Shown here in pieces: positions 1-12,768 of a stretch of 64,000 nt of DNA. Position 1 is the first letter of the stretch. Each line of letters opens with the position of its first letter. The stretch is from Vicugna vicugna (Eukaryota), in assembly GCA_013265495.1 (NCBI GenBank), contig MU058844.1:10562184-10626183 (forward strand), written 5' to 3'. The notes below the pieces were generated by a model, which did no database searches, had not been told where the DNA came from, and saw only the letters and a list, made by a program, of their open reading frames with translations. Position numbers and translations under genes: made by a program.

Positions 1-320
1 GAAAGACAGTCTCCATCAGAATTCCCAGGAAAAGTCCCAGGTTCACGCTGCTCTGGACAAACCTCGATGACATGTGGTCCCTACAGTGATCGCTGTGGTA
101 AAGAGGCTGTAGTGAGCTAGACTGGCTTAGTCCTCAGTCATGTATCCATCCCCAAACCAATCAGGAGGGCCGGGAATCCTACCTTTGGAGTTGGGAGTTG
201 GCGCAACTCTACTCTAAGCACAAAGCTGAGAATAGAAGACTATGGTGGCCCCTCAAACAGGAATTAGGAGGCTCTGACCAAGAAGGCTGGGAAGAGAAGT
301 TGGGAGACAAACAACCAATG
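1..320 (-). mobile_element. Degenerate MaLR LTR fragment (MLT1K/L-like)
   Basis: Motifs such as 'ctggcttagtcctcagtcatgtatccatccccaaaccaatc' resemble old MLT1 LTRs; recalled similarity only, approximate ends. Confidence 0.45.
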
Positions 321-3144
321 TGTGTAGAGTTTCTCAGCCTAGGGTCTCTAGGATTCCATCTCTGTCTAAACTTGAAAGTGTGTGTAGATGTCTCTTCAGA
401 CAGACATTCCTTCCTACTTGAGATCAAATTCCTAGGAATGAGCCCTCAAGTGCTTGTATCAAGTGGTCCAGCAGTAGCAGAGACCGCTGAGTGAAAACAC
501 GGCAGATTTAGGGTTTAGCGTTTCCTTGCCACCGGCAGCTTCTTCTTGTGCATCTATGGACTATCTCATCATTAAGCCAAACATTTAACAGTACACAGAT
601 AATTAAATACTAACAGGGTTCACAGAGCAGACAATTTCCATTGCCATCACTGGCAGTTACAGCACATTTACTTGAGGGGGGTCTTTATAAATAATTTACA
701 AGTACTGTGAGAAGACTACACTGAAGAACTTAGTATCTTTATAGTTTGAAATGCTCCCTGTAATGTTATAGCAAGGATGTAGCATTAAAAATATATTCTG
801 GGAAAATCTTCTATGGGAGCCTACAATTTAAAAATGAATTTATATTAGTTAAGTGCAGTGTTTGCCACAGAGAAAAGCAACCTCGTTTTAATCAGTCAGA
901 TCAGAAATTAGCAAAAGCTGACTTCGTTTGTTAATGGTGGCGGACTGCTTTGAGGAGACAAAAACATAAATGCAAAATTCTATTGTTAGGAATTAAATGG
1001 AAAGCATTTTTGGTCGTGGGGAGGAAGCCACTGAATTCCAACAATCATTTTTGTTGCTGCCAAATGGACTGAATACGACTGCCAGCCCCTTGACTGAAAA
1101 TGTGGGAACTCTTGTCCAAAACCTGGGGAACAGGAATCCAGCAAAGGAAGATTTCACATATGTGGCACATTTATCCACTGACCTTTGCAGAGGAAGGAGT
1201 ACACTGCATTTGCAAAATCTGAATCTTCTCTGTTCTGTATTTAAGGTGGAATCCTTCATCTATAATTCAACCCTCTTTTCCCTGAACTTTGGAAAATCTT
1301 TTGGAAAGGTCAAACACGTAAGACTAGGAACGGTAGTAATTATGTCTGATTCTTTCTGGATGACTACAAAGAGTTTGGTGGCATGACCACGTCTAAACTG
1401 TTTGTATGAGCTGATTAGAAAAAAACAGTCAAAGGATTCAGCAAAGCAAACCAAATTGCAAACGGCAAATTTCACTTGACTTGTATTTTTTCCTGGACAA
1501 TTGTGCTTAGACTCTTGTTTATGCCAGATGAAAGGTCACTAGTAAGATATCTCTTTCTTTTTTCTTCTCCTTTGAAAAAAAAAACAGCAATTATTAGACA
1601 TTTCTACTTGATGAGATGATGCTGGTAGCACTGTTACTTGATAACATCATTGCTGGGATTTAAAAGTAACACGACAGATGGATGCTACTCCTTACCGACA
1701 TGGAGACGGTTTCTGGACAATCCAGCCTGAGTTCAAAACAAAGACAATGTGAGAACAGAGGAGCTCTTACACATAATATGACTGGACAGGGTGAGTGCTC
1801 TGTAGCGGGGTTACTGCAGGCTCGCCCAGTTCACAGATTGGTTCAGGCAGAATCGACGTCACTCTCATTGACTCCCTATTCTTTGTATGTACTTGCTTTA
1901 AAATATCTCCGTGTCTTTTAAACATTCTTCTATCTAAGCCTTAGAAAATTTATGGATGGAGATTGTCTTAGGATAATTGAGAGAGAGATTTGGAAATGTT
2001 TCCATATGAAGTGGAGGAATCTCTCTCCATGTCCTCATTTTGAATTGTTTCTAGAACTTGTCTGTCTCCTTGAGAGCAGGGGAATGGCCCCTGCGTTTTC
2101 TTGGATGGAAGTATCTCACTGCTTTTTTCTCTGCTTGAAAAAAGGAAACGCATTCATGTTCTCAGGAGGGTTCCTTTCTCCTTGCTGTCCCCTCTCTGGG
2201 CCTTTACGTGACATTGTTGAATCTGTGGACCTAGAAGAGGATGAACAATGAAGCCTCATTTTCTTCTAGAAAAAGACATAATGGTTTTAAGACTCCTAAT
2301 ATTGTTGATAACTCATACTTGCCCACTCTGGTTGGAGATTTTACAGTATGAATAATGCACGTAGCATTTTAGAAAGACACAAAGCGTTGAACACCCTCGT
2401 TGGCTTGTTGTTAGTTTCTTTATTTGAATGTTGATTTCCTTTATCCTTCCCGAGAGAGAGTTCATTCTGGTTCATTGATGGCCAAATATGGTTCTATTTT
2501 ACAAAGCTGTGAAACTCTGTTTGAAATCGGCCGGTGCCCTGCACATCAAGAAGATAGGTAGCTTGGTAGGAGAGACCAGCTTCTACCTTGGTAATCTGGT
2601 TCTCTTACAATATTGTAAGGGGCAAATAAAAATAAACTATGGCTTCACTATTATACTTCATATAAGAAAATGATAAGGAGTAATATCATTCTGGGGTGAT
2701 TTTACTGCTTTTTATGACGCAAATTTGTGATTAAAGTCAATCACCACACATCCGCACTGCAGAGCTCAGTAAAAGCTCCCAATAATGTTATTGTATACGT
2801 GGATGTCTTTGGAATTGACATCACCTAAGATACTTCATCCCTCAATCTGGGAGAAATGAACGTTTGGGGTGCTAGTCAAATTCTTTATACAGAAAATTTG
2901 GTTTCTATGGATTGGTTTAATTCTTTGCAAGATTCTGGAGGGATTCACAAACTAAATGGCCCTGGAGGAGGCGCGGAGGTATAAATGTTAGGGCCGGTCT
3001 TAGTTCCCCGACACTTTCCACGTTCTTGAATCACAGATATTCTTTAAGCTGACATCTCTTACTTTCATGACTTTTGGTCAAATATACCACGTAGGTGGTA
3101 ATTCTACTTTTCTTGCTATTATTCCTTAGCTCTATGGAACAGAA

Positions 3145-3430
3145 TCTGTTCATTCATTCATTCACCTGCTCAGTCCCTCATTTATTGAGTGTCTATTATG
3201 TGCCAGGTATTCATCTTTCAGCCAGTGTCCTGTTCAATCTCATATCCCCAGGCTTGACACAGAGTCTGGCACATGGTAGGAACCCAGTAAATATTTCCCA
3301 AATGACTGAATCCATCAGTGAAGTATAAATATCTACTGAGCAACTCTTAGGGAAGAGATTGAGGGGATACAGAAAACTCTAGAATCCAGTTTGTTCTGCA
3401 AAGAGCTCACATTTGGCCGGGAAGAGAAGA
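3145..3430. mobile_element. L2 3'-end fragments in both orientations
   Basis: 'ttcattcattcattca...tttattgagtgtctattatgtgccagg' (minus) and 'ctggcacatggtaggaacccagtaaatattt...aatgactgaat' (plus) are typical L2 tails. Confidence 0.6.
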
Positions 3431-3971
3431 CCCAAATTCCTGAAAAGTTAAGTTTAAGTCAACTCACATCTTTTTGTAGTAGGAAAGATAGCTTAAGACA
3501 GTGGCTGTTGTTTTGCTGAATGACGTGTACAAAAAAGACTGTAGGGGAATTCAGAGCAGATGGACACCCTTCCCTCGGTTGGAAATGCTGAGTTTGAATT
3601 CAAGGCTCTGCACTTAAGGGATCCAAAGAAATGTCACAGAGAGAGAACTAACCTTTTGTCAATTCTAAAAATCTTCAGCTCTTATGTCTTCTTTCCCCTC
3701 CACCTCCACATACCGATGTACAATTTCACAAAACACGAATACGACGCTATTTGGACAGTGTTAAACTTATATAGAGAGGGAAGAGGTCACTAGACAGATT
3801 CTCTTTCTTTGAACCTGTGTTTTCCTTTGGCCTTTTCCAGTCTTCCTGAGCATAATGGAATTTCATGGTTACCCTAACATGATTTCATAAATAGGCAATT
3901 TATACATCTTAAGATGGTTTAAACGAAATGGAATTTTCTGTGATGTGCAGAATTTTATGAACCATAGAATC

Positions 3972-4340
3972 AGACCTTCCTGCAACACTTGCAGGGCCCA
4001 GGTTAAAGCTACAAATGCAAGTTCATATATCGTATGTCCAAACTGTTGAAAGTTATAAACTAAAACACAAAGTGTTAAAATAGGTATTTTCTATTCTCAT
4101 ATCCCGACAAGTGAACATTTATCATAACCAGGAAATCCAGCTTTCAATGGAGAATTCTCAGACTTCTTGGGGTTCAGCAATGGAAAGGGTCCCCTATTTC
4201 TCCTCACGAAACTCCAACATGCACTGTTAAGAGGTTTCACACACACATACGGGGAGCCCCAGCCTGTGTGTCCAGGCTTCACTCGCTGGTCCCCCGAGGC
4301 TGCTGCTTAGCCATCCCTCAGCCGTCTTACAGCTGAGGGA
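3972..4340 (+). mobile_element. Ancient hAT-Tip100-type DNA transposon fragment (FordPrefect-like)
   Basis: 'gcagggcccagg...tacaaatg...atatcgtatgtccaaactgttgaaagttataaac' resembles the recalled consensus. Confidence 0.4.
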
Positions 4341-4569
4341 CCTGAGACTAAGTGATGGCTCTATGGTCAGACAGTTACTATTAGTGATCATACCAATCCT
4401 GTGCCTTTGAACATTCATCTTAGTTCAATATTCATCAGCTTTATCAATTTTAGACTACAGACATTGTACAGTGTCTGAGGAAGGATGGAGAAAACATGAT
4501 ATAACTCCTTATATGGTTTTCAGTCCAGTAATTATACTGTAACTGAAGGGTTCACATGTCTTAACTAGA

Positions 4570-4800
4570 CTAACAGACCCTGAATGATCTTGCTCCTGCC
4601 TGCCTCTCCAGTTTCATCTCTCAGGATGCTCCCCATGCTGCCTCCGGCCCAGGACACTTCCCTTTCAGCATCTTGAAAGATTTCCTCCCTCTTTGGGGGT
4701 GCATGCCATGAAATGCCCCCTCTTCATGTCACCACCCTGTATGTCTTTAGTTAAGCTTAGCTCTAATACCACCTCTTCATGGAAACTCTTTGACTCTCCA
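4570..4800 (+). mobile_element. L2 fragment
   Basis: 'ccctgaatgatcttgctcctgcctgcctctccagtttcatctct...cttagctctaataccacctcttc' matches the L2 3' region pattern. Confidence 0.55.
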
Positions 4801-6631
4801 TTTTACAGCATCTTCTCCTTTTACAATCTTCATAAAGGATGGTCATAATCTACTAAAAGGATGACAAATGGGAGTCAGTGAAAACAGCCGATGTACCCAC
4901 CAACCCTCTCCCCGAGCTCCTCATCGGAAGTACTCTGACAGGTGCTGCTGTGGACTGATTAGAACCCGACAAAATTTAGCAGCTGAAATAACTGTAGTGA
5001 GTTAATCTCTTGATTTGCGTTGGATCACTAGCGGTCAAGGACATGAGTTTTCTTAGAGCAGAGGCAATAACGCCATGAACTCCTTTTGGAGAAAAGCTCT
5101 TCCGTATCATTCTTCTGAAGATTATGCCCTATTTGTAAAGCAGGTTTATCTAGCCAAAGGCTGTGAAATACGGTTTTTTTTTCCTCTTGAATAACTGCCT
5201 GTGGTAAGGATGAGGTTAGAACATTCTGTTCTCATTCTTCTCAATTTAGCATCAGGGTGGGAAGGGGAGCGAGTGTTAAATGCTAAGAACTGTCAACCCT
5301 CGGAGTGAAGATTAGACACAGGGCAAATATTCTAAAGCCGGCTCATGGTTTGCCTTGAAAGTCCATCCAAGAGAAAGCAGAGAAAATTAATTTAGTGGAA
5401 TTGTTGGGCAGAGTCAGAGGTCTGATTGTGAATCTTGTTGGAAATATTCTGAATGATTAAGATGCAAGTCTACTTTCAAAAGGGTTAATTCTCACCAAGC
5501 TGAACGTGCGTGTACTTCCAGTAACTCACAGTTTGTTGCTTAATCTGAAGACCATTTTAAAGGGACAGTTAAATACCTTTATTGAATAAATGAATAAGAG
5601 GGCAGACGTTATGTTCTAAGACCATTTATGGGCTCTGAATTAGATGGAAAACCTCTCTGTTTTTAATGGCTCTTCTAGGGAATGTCATAAAGGAGTCAAA
5701 GGCCGTATGCCAATAAGCAACATCCACGCTTTTTAGATAAAACCATTCCTAGCAACTCTGTTAGATGAAGAAAAGTCAACACTTTACATGAGCAATTTGA
5801 ATCTGTAGTGCTGGACTTTCAGAGTTAAAATTTAGCTAAGAAATTGTTCATTAAAATATCAATGTGTTTCCCTCTCAAAAATACTGAAAGAGAAAGAGTT
5901 ATATTTGGGCAAATGAAGGACAATCTTCTTACACTGACATTTTCAACGAGGCAGTCAGAACAGTCCAGAGAATGTAATGAGGTAACGAATATGAAACTGA
6001 TATTTGCCCTCAGTTCACAGCCATGCGATTTCAGGCATACGGACAGGCCTATGGTACAGAAATGAAAAACTGGCCCTGAATGAGTTCACTGGCCTTGACT
6101 TAAGGTCTTCTGTGCAAACAGACTCACTGCATATGGCTTAAAAAAGGGAGAGTCCGACAGACTCTTTCTTCCCAGAGGCCACCGTGAACACGACTGGATG
6201 AAAACTGAGTTGGAAGGAAAGCGGTTTTGGAAGTTCTTGGAGGGCAAATTATCTGATGAGTCAGGTTTATTGAACATTTATTATATGCCCAATGCTTTGC
6301 TAGATGATCTGCGAAGATGGTAGAAAATAAGGACACGTGCTATGACCTCGGAGGAAGTCACAGCGAGTGAGAGTTTTCACCTGAGAACATAATAAATATT
6401 AAAATGACATAAAACGCGGCCTTGTTGGATTAGAAGGAGGCAGTCATGCCTGTTGGTCCTATTTGGGCCTGTGTTGTTTTTTCTTGCTGCTGCTTTTTTT
6501 TGTTTATGATAAAAGTATCACCTTAGATTTGAGAATTTTTATTTTAAAATCATATATATAATTTTTTTTAATTGGGCAATTGGGAAACATTTGATCAGAT
6601 TCTTTTTTTTAGTCATTTTAATTTTTTTGTA

Positions 6632-6700
6632 TCTTTTTTAAATTGAAGTATAGACAGTTTACAATGTTGTGTCAATTTCTGGCATACAGCACAATGTTTT
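6632..6700 (-). mobile_element. Short L1 3'-end fragment, camelid/cetartiodactyl type
   Basis: T-run followed by 'aattgaagtatagacagtttacaatgttgtgtcaatttctggcatacagc'; closely similar to the element at 47219-47446. Confidence 0.8.
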
Positions 6701-7286
6701 TCCTGCTTCTTTGATCATAATAAAGGCTTCATATTTATCACTGGAATTTTTTAAGGTCCATATTAAAGTAGTACCAAAAGTTGTGCCCTCCCATTAATGG
6801 ACAGGGCAGTGATTAATGGAAAACATTTAAATATAAAAACCTAAACAGCCAGATCTGCATATAATCACAAACACCAGTTTCACAGAAAAACGGGACACCC
6901 TATAGAGGTTAGACTTTGTGGCATAACTCTGAGAAGATCAAAATAGTAGCTATCAAGTTTATTTAGGAACCATTAGTGGCCAGTCAATTGGTTTGTAAAA
7001 ATCAATCCTCACCCATCACCTGTCAACCATACTGCAGCTTCCCTAGAAAATCCTCAAAAGACACAGGCTGAGCAAGAAAAAGAAACCAGGCAAACGAAAG
7101 CTATGTGAACGCTGCTGAGAAATCAATACAACGTGGCCATGCATTTCAAACTGCAGGAGGAGGGAAGGCATCCGTATGCTCACGTCTGCTATGTTTGTAC
7201 TGCCTTCCTTACTCTGGGAGTGCTGCAGGACCACTGCGCTTCCACAGACACCTCTGCATAGCCTAACTGTGAACAAATCTACACCG

Positions 7287-7288
<2 letters not shown>

Positions 7289-7316
<28 letters not shown>
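7289..7316. repeat. (CA)14 microsatellite
   Basis: Directly visible. Confidence 0.97.
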
Positions 7317-7318
<2 letters not shown>

Positions 7319-8249
7319 ACACCACACCACATCTATGGCATTTGTTCATAAAGGCACTTTCAGGCAAAGCACCTCATTCATGTGTGAGGCTCTCTCTATG
7401 GTAATTTGTTTTCCGGCAACGCAGAAATTCCTCTAAATAGGTCATCATCATACTGATTATCATCTCCAAGGTAACCAGCTTGCAAGGCAACTGGCTAAGG
7501 ATTACATTTCTGGGTGGGGGAAATTACACCAGAGGCACAGCAGTGACACAAGAAGATGCAATCCAGCTAGTGCCCTTCAGATTCCCTTATAAGTGCAGCA
7601 TCTATCTAATATTCTCTGTAATCTGAATTAAGGATGAGTTCTTCAGGAGACATTTCTAGGTAATGCTCAGTCTCTTACTGTACACAATAAAAAGCATTTG
7701 GTTGTTTGGTTATTTCTTTTACTGCTTAGGTTCAGCAAATAGGTCTAGGGGCTTGGGGTTTCTCATGCTAACAAGGAGCTCAGATCTTGGTGGAAGTCTA
7801 GAGATAGATATTTATTCTCACTTCCTGCCTCTGCCTGCCACTGTCTGTATAGGTGTTTGTCATACTTAGAAGAGCGACTGGATTCGGATGGGATTGTGCA
7901 AGAAAAGTCTTGAGCATAAGGTATCATAAATTGAACTCTTCTGACAAATGTGATCCCTAGATATGAAGGAATCCATTTTTCAGCGTCCAGGGTTAAGACT
8001 AGCCAACGTCTTAGAAGTACTGTCAAGTTTAAGTCCTTGAAATGGTTTTTAGCCAAGAGGAGCTGACACACAACCCAACCAAACTGCTTCAGCTTAATGT
8101 TTTTTTTTTTAATCTGAGTCTTAAAGTAGTCAGATAATTATTAGTTCATGGCAGTCTTCATTTCTGCAGACCACAGGCAGGATATTTAATTCGAGTTAAA
8201 AGAACAAGTTGAGGCCTCCAGCTGAAGGCGACAGAGTGAAAACAGATCA

Positions 8250-8529
8250 TAGAATCTTGCCTTCTTCCTTTCACAACTTCTCCCAACAATAAACCAGCTA
8301 CCAAATTAAGGCAAGGACTGCCACTTAATAGTATGGGCACCAAAACAAAACGTGCAAACATACACACAAGTAGAATCTTGCCTTCTTCCTTTCACAACTA
8401 TAAAAGTGCGTGCCAGCCACAAGGAGCACTAGCTCCCTCCTCCCCAACAATAAACCAGCTACCAAATTAAGGCAAGGACTGCAACTTAATAGTATGGGCA
8501 CCAAAACAAAACGTGCAAACATACACACA
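8250..8529 (+). repeat. Complex local duplication A-B / A-C-B
   Basis: 29-bp A at 8250-8278 and 8371-8399 (identical); 87-bp B at 8282-8368 and 8443-8529 (one mismatch); ~43-bp C (8400-8442) present only in the second copy. Confidence 0.95.
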
Positions 8530-9289
8530 TGTGTGCAAAATGCTGGCCAAGAAAAGAGGAGATTCTGGAGTAACACACTGCAACTCCTAACCCTCACCTC
8601 CCTCCCAGCCCCTGTGACGATTTACTGGAGAATCTGATTAATCTTAAGCCTTTGTTATTGTCCTCAAATCTAGAGAAAATTAAACGGAATGACTATCCTT
8701 TTTTCCCCCTCTTTTGACTGAGGGGTAGCAGAGGGGCTACCAGGCAGAAGTGGACGGCTCCTTCCGGATACCACATTCTATCAGTAAAGATACCACAACG
8801 AATATAAACCCATGAGAAAGGGATTTTTTTGTCTCCTTTGTTCCCATTGCCTAGATTAGTATAGTGACTAGCAGAGAACAGGTACTCAATAGAGATTTGT
8901 CAAATGATTGCAGACAAAAATTTGAGAGGGTTCCCCTTCAGGGTGGATGTGAGTCCTGATTGTAGGGGGAAGTTAGAACTAAGTTCAAAATGCCTGTCAA
9001 ATCCCAGAGGGGAGAGCAGAATCCAGGACTTCTAATTCACACAGATGTCACATAGTCTCCTCAGAGCCCCTCTGCCCTTCAGTCTACAGGAAAGTGGATG
9101 GAATTCAATGCCAAGTTCTCAAACCGTAGTTCGGGGAGGGGGAAAACAAGTTAGAGTCAATGGAAATGGAGTCAAGGAGAAGTCATGTGCACTGGACCAG
9201 AGCAAAGAGAAGGGCTGCGTGGAACAAGACGGGGGGAACAGAACAGTGACAAATATTGAAGCGTGCCAAGGCAACGCTCCCAAATAGAA

Positions 9290-10065
9290 ACAAACAAAAC
9301 CAATCAACCCTTCAAAGAAAGAAGCATAGCACACACAGGAATGATAAAACCCCCACTCTTAAAGAGCGTAATCCAAAGCACAAACCGAAATGCCTCACAA
9401 GTGCTCTGTACAGTGAATCAAGTTAATGAGAACATGCACTCAGAAATAATATGAGCTAAAAGATGAGCTGACAGAACAACAGGAAGGTTATAGAATTAAA
9501 GAGGTGGAGGAGAAGAATAACATTATAGAACACTAAGTAAAGGTGGCCTAGCAGGGAACAAAATAAATATGGCTGCCAACAAAATGACTGCCCTAGAAGA
9601 GAGGCTTGTGAACGTAAGAGGCGCAATGGGATTAGAAGATAAGAGACGAGTTCCAAAGCACTTGAGCAAAATCGAGGATCCCAAAGAGAAATGGAACAGG
9701 AAAAGTATCTGCAAATATCATACAGGAAAAGCATTCATGAATATCCTACAAGGAAGTGTCACTAAAGACAAAGAATAACCACACTTAGAGATGGAAGGAG
9801 TTTACCATGTCCTAGGAAGTACTGATGAAGGAACTCTCGACACTGCACAACCACAGACACGTCTCTGAAGGAACAACTGAAATTCAAGAATACAGACATT
9901 CCTCGGGCATCGAAGCGGAAAAAAACAAGTCAGAGACAAGGAAGCAGATGCTCAGCTGCCCTCAGGTATCTCCACCACATTCAACACAAAAGCAACGTGC
10001 ACACCAACCAACAGGTCAAGGCAGATGTTCTATTATGAAAGAATTTCGGTCAAGGCTAACGTATA
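9290..10065 (+). mobile_element. Decayed L1 ORF1-like / HAL1 fossil
   Basis: A-rich purine strand; broken frames give 'MTALEERL...GLEDKRR' coiled-coil-like peptides resembling L1 ORF1p; many stops and frameshifts. Confidence 0.6.
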
Positions 10066-10138
10066 ATCGGGTCTTGTGAGTTTCTGGTTTCAGTGATTCG
10101 GGATGATGGCGTAGCCACCCTTAGAATATCTCTCCTAG

Positions 10139-10549
10139 CAGTTTCCAAAGTGTGTCTTCTGAACTCTGATTCTGTCAGGTGTTCCATGAAAAAGGGGGTT
10201 GTGTTCAAGCCGCTTAGAAACACAGAATCTCTGTGAGTCTTACCTTACAGATTTATGGTACACAGCAGCGTATAAAGGTCTCTAAGTCATTTTTGCACTG
10301 GAGAAACCTGGTTTTCTTTAAAAAAAAATTCTTAAAATGTGACAATGAGTGTGTATATGTCCATGAATGACTGAAAAATTGTGCTGAACACTGGAATTTG
10401 ACACAACATTGTAAAATGATTATAAATCAATAAAAAATGTTAAAAAAATTCTTTAACCCAGCATTTTTATTGAACGAAATTTTACTCCCTACAACACCTA
10501 TTAACGCCTTTCTGAAAGCGTATTCAACAGATTGCATCTGGAGAATGTT
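10139..10549. mobile_element. hAT-Charlie-type non-autonomous DNA transposon, interrupted by an L1 insertion
   Basis: Starts 'cagtttccaaagtgtgtcttctgaac'; internal 'tttaacccagcattt...acacctattaac' pattern recalled from Charlie elements. Confidence 0.5.
10334..10441 (+). mobile_element. Young 5'-truncated L1 3' end with 12-bp TSD
   Basis: 'atgactgaaaaattgtgctgaacactggaatttgacacaacattgtaaaatgattataaatcaataaaaaatgtt'; TSD aaaaaaattctt at 10322-10333 and 10442-10453. Confidence 0.9.
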
Positions 10550-11494
10550 TAATCTATGATAAATGAAGGGGGAAGAGATTTAATAACCCCAGTAGCAGTA
10601 GTCAATCCAAAAGCAAGTCATATTTATTTGTCTACTTTCCCCCTCAAGGACAGTAATACAATTTTATTATTCATTCATTTGTTCCTTCGTTCATTCATTC
10701 ATTTTAAAGTAGTGGAATTTTAAGATCCAGTTCCAGGAAGGAAAAAGTCTTTGCAGCAGAGTGGTGACAGTAGGACAACCTGGAAAGTACTGACTCTGCT
10801 AAAGCTGCCATTTCCAATCTTTAAACACAGCTTAGTTTCACATCTGCTTTGTTGAAAGGAATGCACCTTTAAAGGCTTCATTCCCACTATGGAATGCTGG
10901 GCGTGGCAAGACTTCAGCTCAGTACAAATTAGAGAAATTCGAGGAGGGGTATTGAAACTGAACAATTTTTCTTCCTTAGGGAACCAGGAACAATGTAACT
11001 AAGAAGGCAAAGGAATAAATATCTCCTATTGCAGAAGAAAAACAAAGCCACAACTGCATTGCATTACTTTTCCCTACTTCTCAGTATTTTTCCAATTTAC
11101 TTAAGCAGTTCCTGACAGTGTGCAAAGCCTTCTAATTAGGTTACATACCACTGCTTCAGGATGGTGGAAGCTTTTGCTGTCTACTCACATCCTCTCTTAT
11201 GTAAAGTCTTTTAACTCAGGACTGACTGGTCTCTCCCTCCCATCCTGTCAGCAGACAGATATGTGCCGGGAATGTGGAGTTACAAGTGGGAGGAAGCTTT
11301 CAGCTTTCAGATAGTGTCATATTTGTCTGTTCTTGTAAAATATTGCCAGGGAGCTGATGGCGGTGAGGTGGTGGGTTGAGGAGTGACTGGCTTAGAGAAG
11401 GCCACAGGATTTCTAGGAGCGAAGGAAGGGATTTAGGAACTGGAATGCAGCAGAAACCATGATATGCTGCCCCCTGCAGGATTTTTAGGGAAAA

Positions 11495-12230
11495 ACACAC
11501 CAGTTGAAATTGACTAAATACAAGTTAGCAATATCAATGTCGACGAGGATGTGAACAGCAGAAATGCTCATATTCTTGTGGTTGGGGCGTTATGAAGTAA
11601 CGCCTGGAAGAGCTTCAGCTGTACAAATTCCTCCACCCCAGCTATCCCACTCCTGCATGAATTGCCTGGAGAACCTCGGCCACATTTGTAGAAAGAGACA
11701 TGTATAGGAATGCTCCTTGTTGCATTGTTTGTGACAGCAAGAAATTGGAAACAACCCAAATATTTATCAGCAGAAAACTGTAAACCTCAGTTGGGATATA
11801 TTCCTACCATGGAAGGCTCTACAGCAATTTAAAAATAACAAGTCTAAATTAATCAACATGGATTCACCTCCAGAATATAATTTGGAGAGACCCGCTCCTG
11901 CATAAGGATACATACTCGGATACCATTTATATGTATAAGGTTTGAAAATACATCAAATACACAGAGTCTAAGACCACTTATATCGCTGGAAACATGCGAA
12001 AACAAACCTGTGTGCGTATGTAATCAAAATGCGCCCAGGAGGGGTGAACATAAATCATGAAAACAGGCCTGAGAATCACAAACACTGAATTTAAGATAAG
12101 TTACCTCCGAGGAGAGAAAGAGTAAAGGGACAGGGAAGGGTATGCAGGGGGTTTGATGATGTATGTTAGGCTTTGTTTCTTTTGTGTACCGGAGACAGGA
12201 GTGTTCATCATATTATACGTGCTACTGTAG
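11495..12230 (+). mobile_element. Ancient L1 (L1ME/MC-like) ORF2 end and 3'UTR
   Basis: 'ccagctatcccactcctg', 'gcattgtttgtgacagcaagaaattggaaacaacccaaat' are hallmark L1M 3' motifs. Confidence 0.8.
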
Positions 12231-12631
12231 GGGCTGAAATACGAGAAAACCCCAGGAGCTCCGATCCAGATTCAACTCCAGTGTCTGAAGCCCCTGCCAT
12301 GCGTCTGGCACAGGGTCCCTTCACACTTGGTCGTGTGCCTCCCGACACTGGGGGAGTCTGTGCTTATAGACATGACGGAATCCCATTGCCTTGACATTTC
12401 TGCATGGTACCTCCGGACGCAGCTGGTGTGACCCCACCTGACTTGCCAGTCAGTCAAGTTCCCAGCTGACCTGACCTCCTGCCGGAGGCTGTGAGCTCCC
12501 CATGGTGACAGATGGATTTGCGCAGAGAGTGGGAGAGAATGAAGGCAAAGCAGGTTATCAAGACTTAGAAGAAAGGGAATTTGGGAAAGGGAATCTGGTT
12601 GACTCGGAGCTTTCTATTCCAAATGAATTCA

Positions 12632-12768
12632 ATTACATTTGACTTCTTTGGAGGGGGCTGTAATTGGGTTTATCTGTTTATTTTTTTAATGGAGGTCCTG
12701 GGGATTGAACCGAGGACCTCATGCATGTTAGGCATGTGCTCTACCACTGAGCTATACCCTCCCCCACC
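12632..12768 (-). mobile_element. tRNA-derived SINE, vic-1 type (camelid)
   Basis: Minus strand reads GGGGAGGGTATAGCTCAGTGGTAGAGCACATGCCTAACATGCATGAGGTCCTCGGTTCAATCCCCAGGACCTCC (pol III A and B boxes), then an AT-rich body; TSD ccaaatgaaYtca at 12619-12631 and 12769-12781. Confidence 0.88.

Noticed and set aside
1678..1796. Possible exon ending at strong donor AGG|GTGAGT (1791)
   Set aside because: No convincing adjacent acceptor and no recognisable peptide; isolated consensus donors are common
8250..8529. CRISPR-like repeat-spacer pattern (29-bp repeat)
   Set aside because: Only two copies, the 'spacers' are themselves duplicated, the context is mammalian and no cas genes are present
9456..10079. 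Cluster of short ORFs suggesting a gene
   Set aside because: Explained by a frameshifted L1 ORF1/HAL1 fossil
12691..12765. tRNA gene (Ala-like); same at 53889-53964
   Set aside because: It is the head of a SINE, with an AT-rich body, tail and TSD; not a stand-alone tRNA gene
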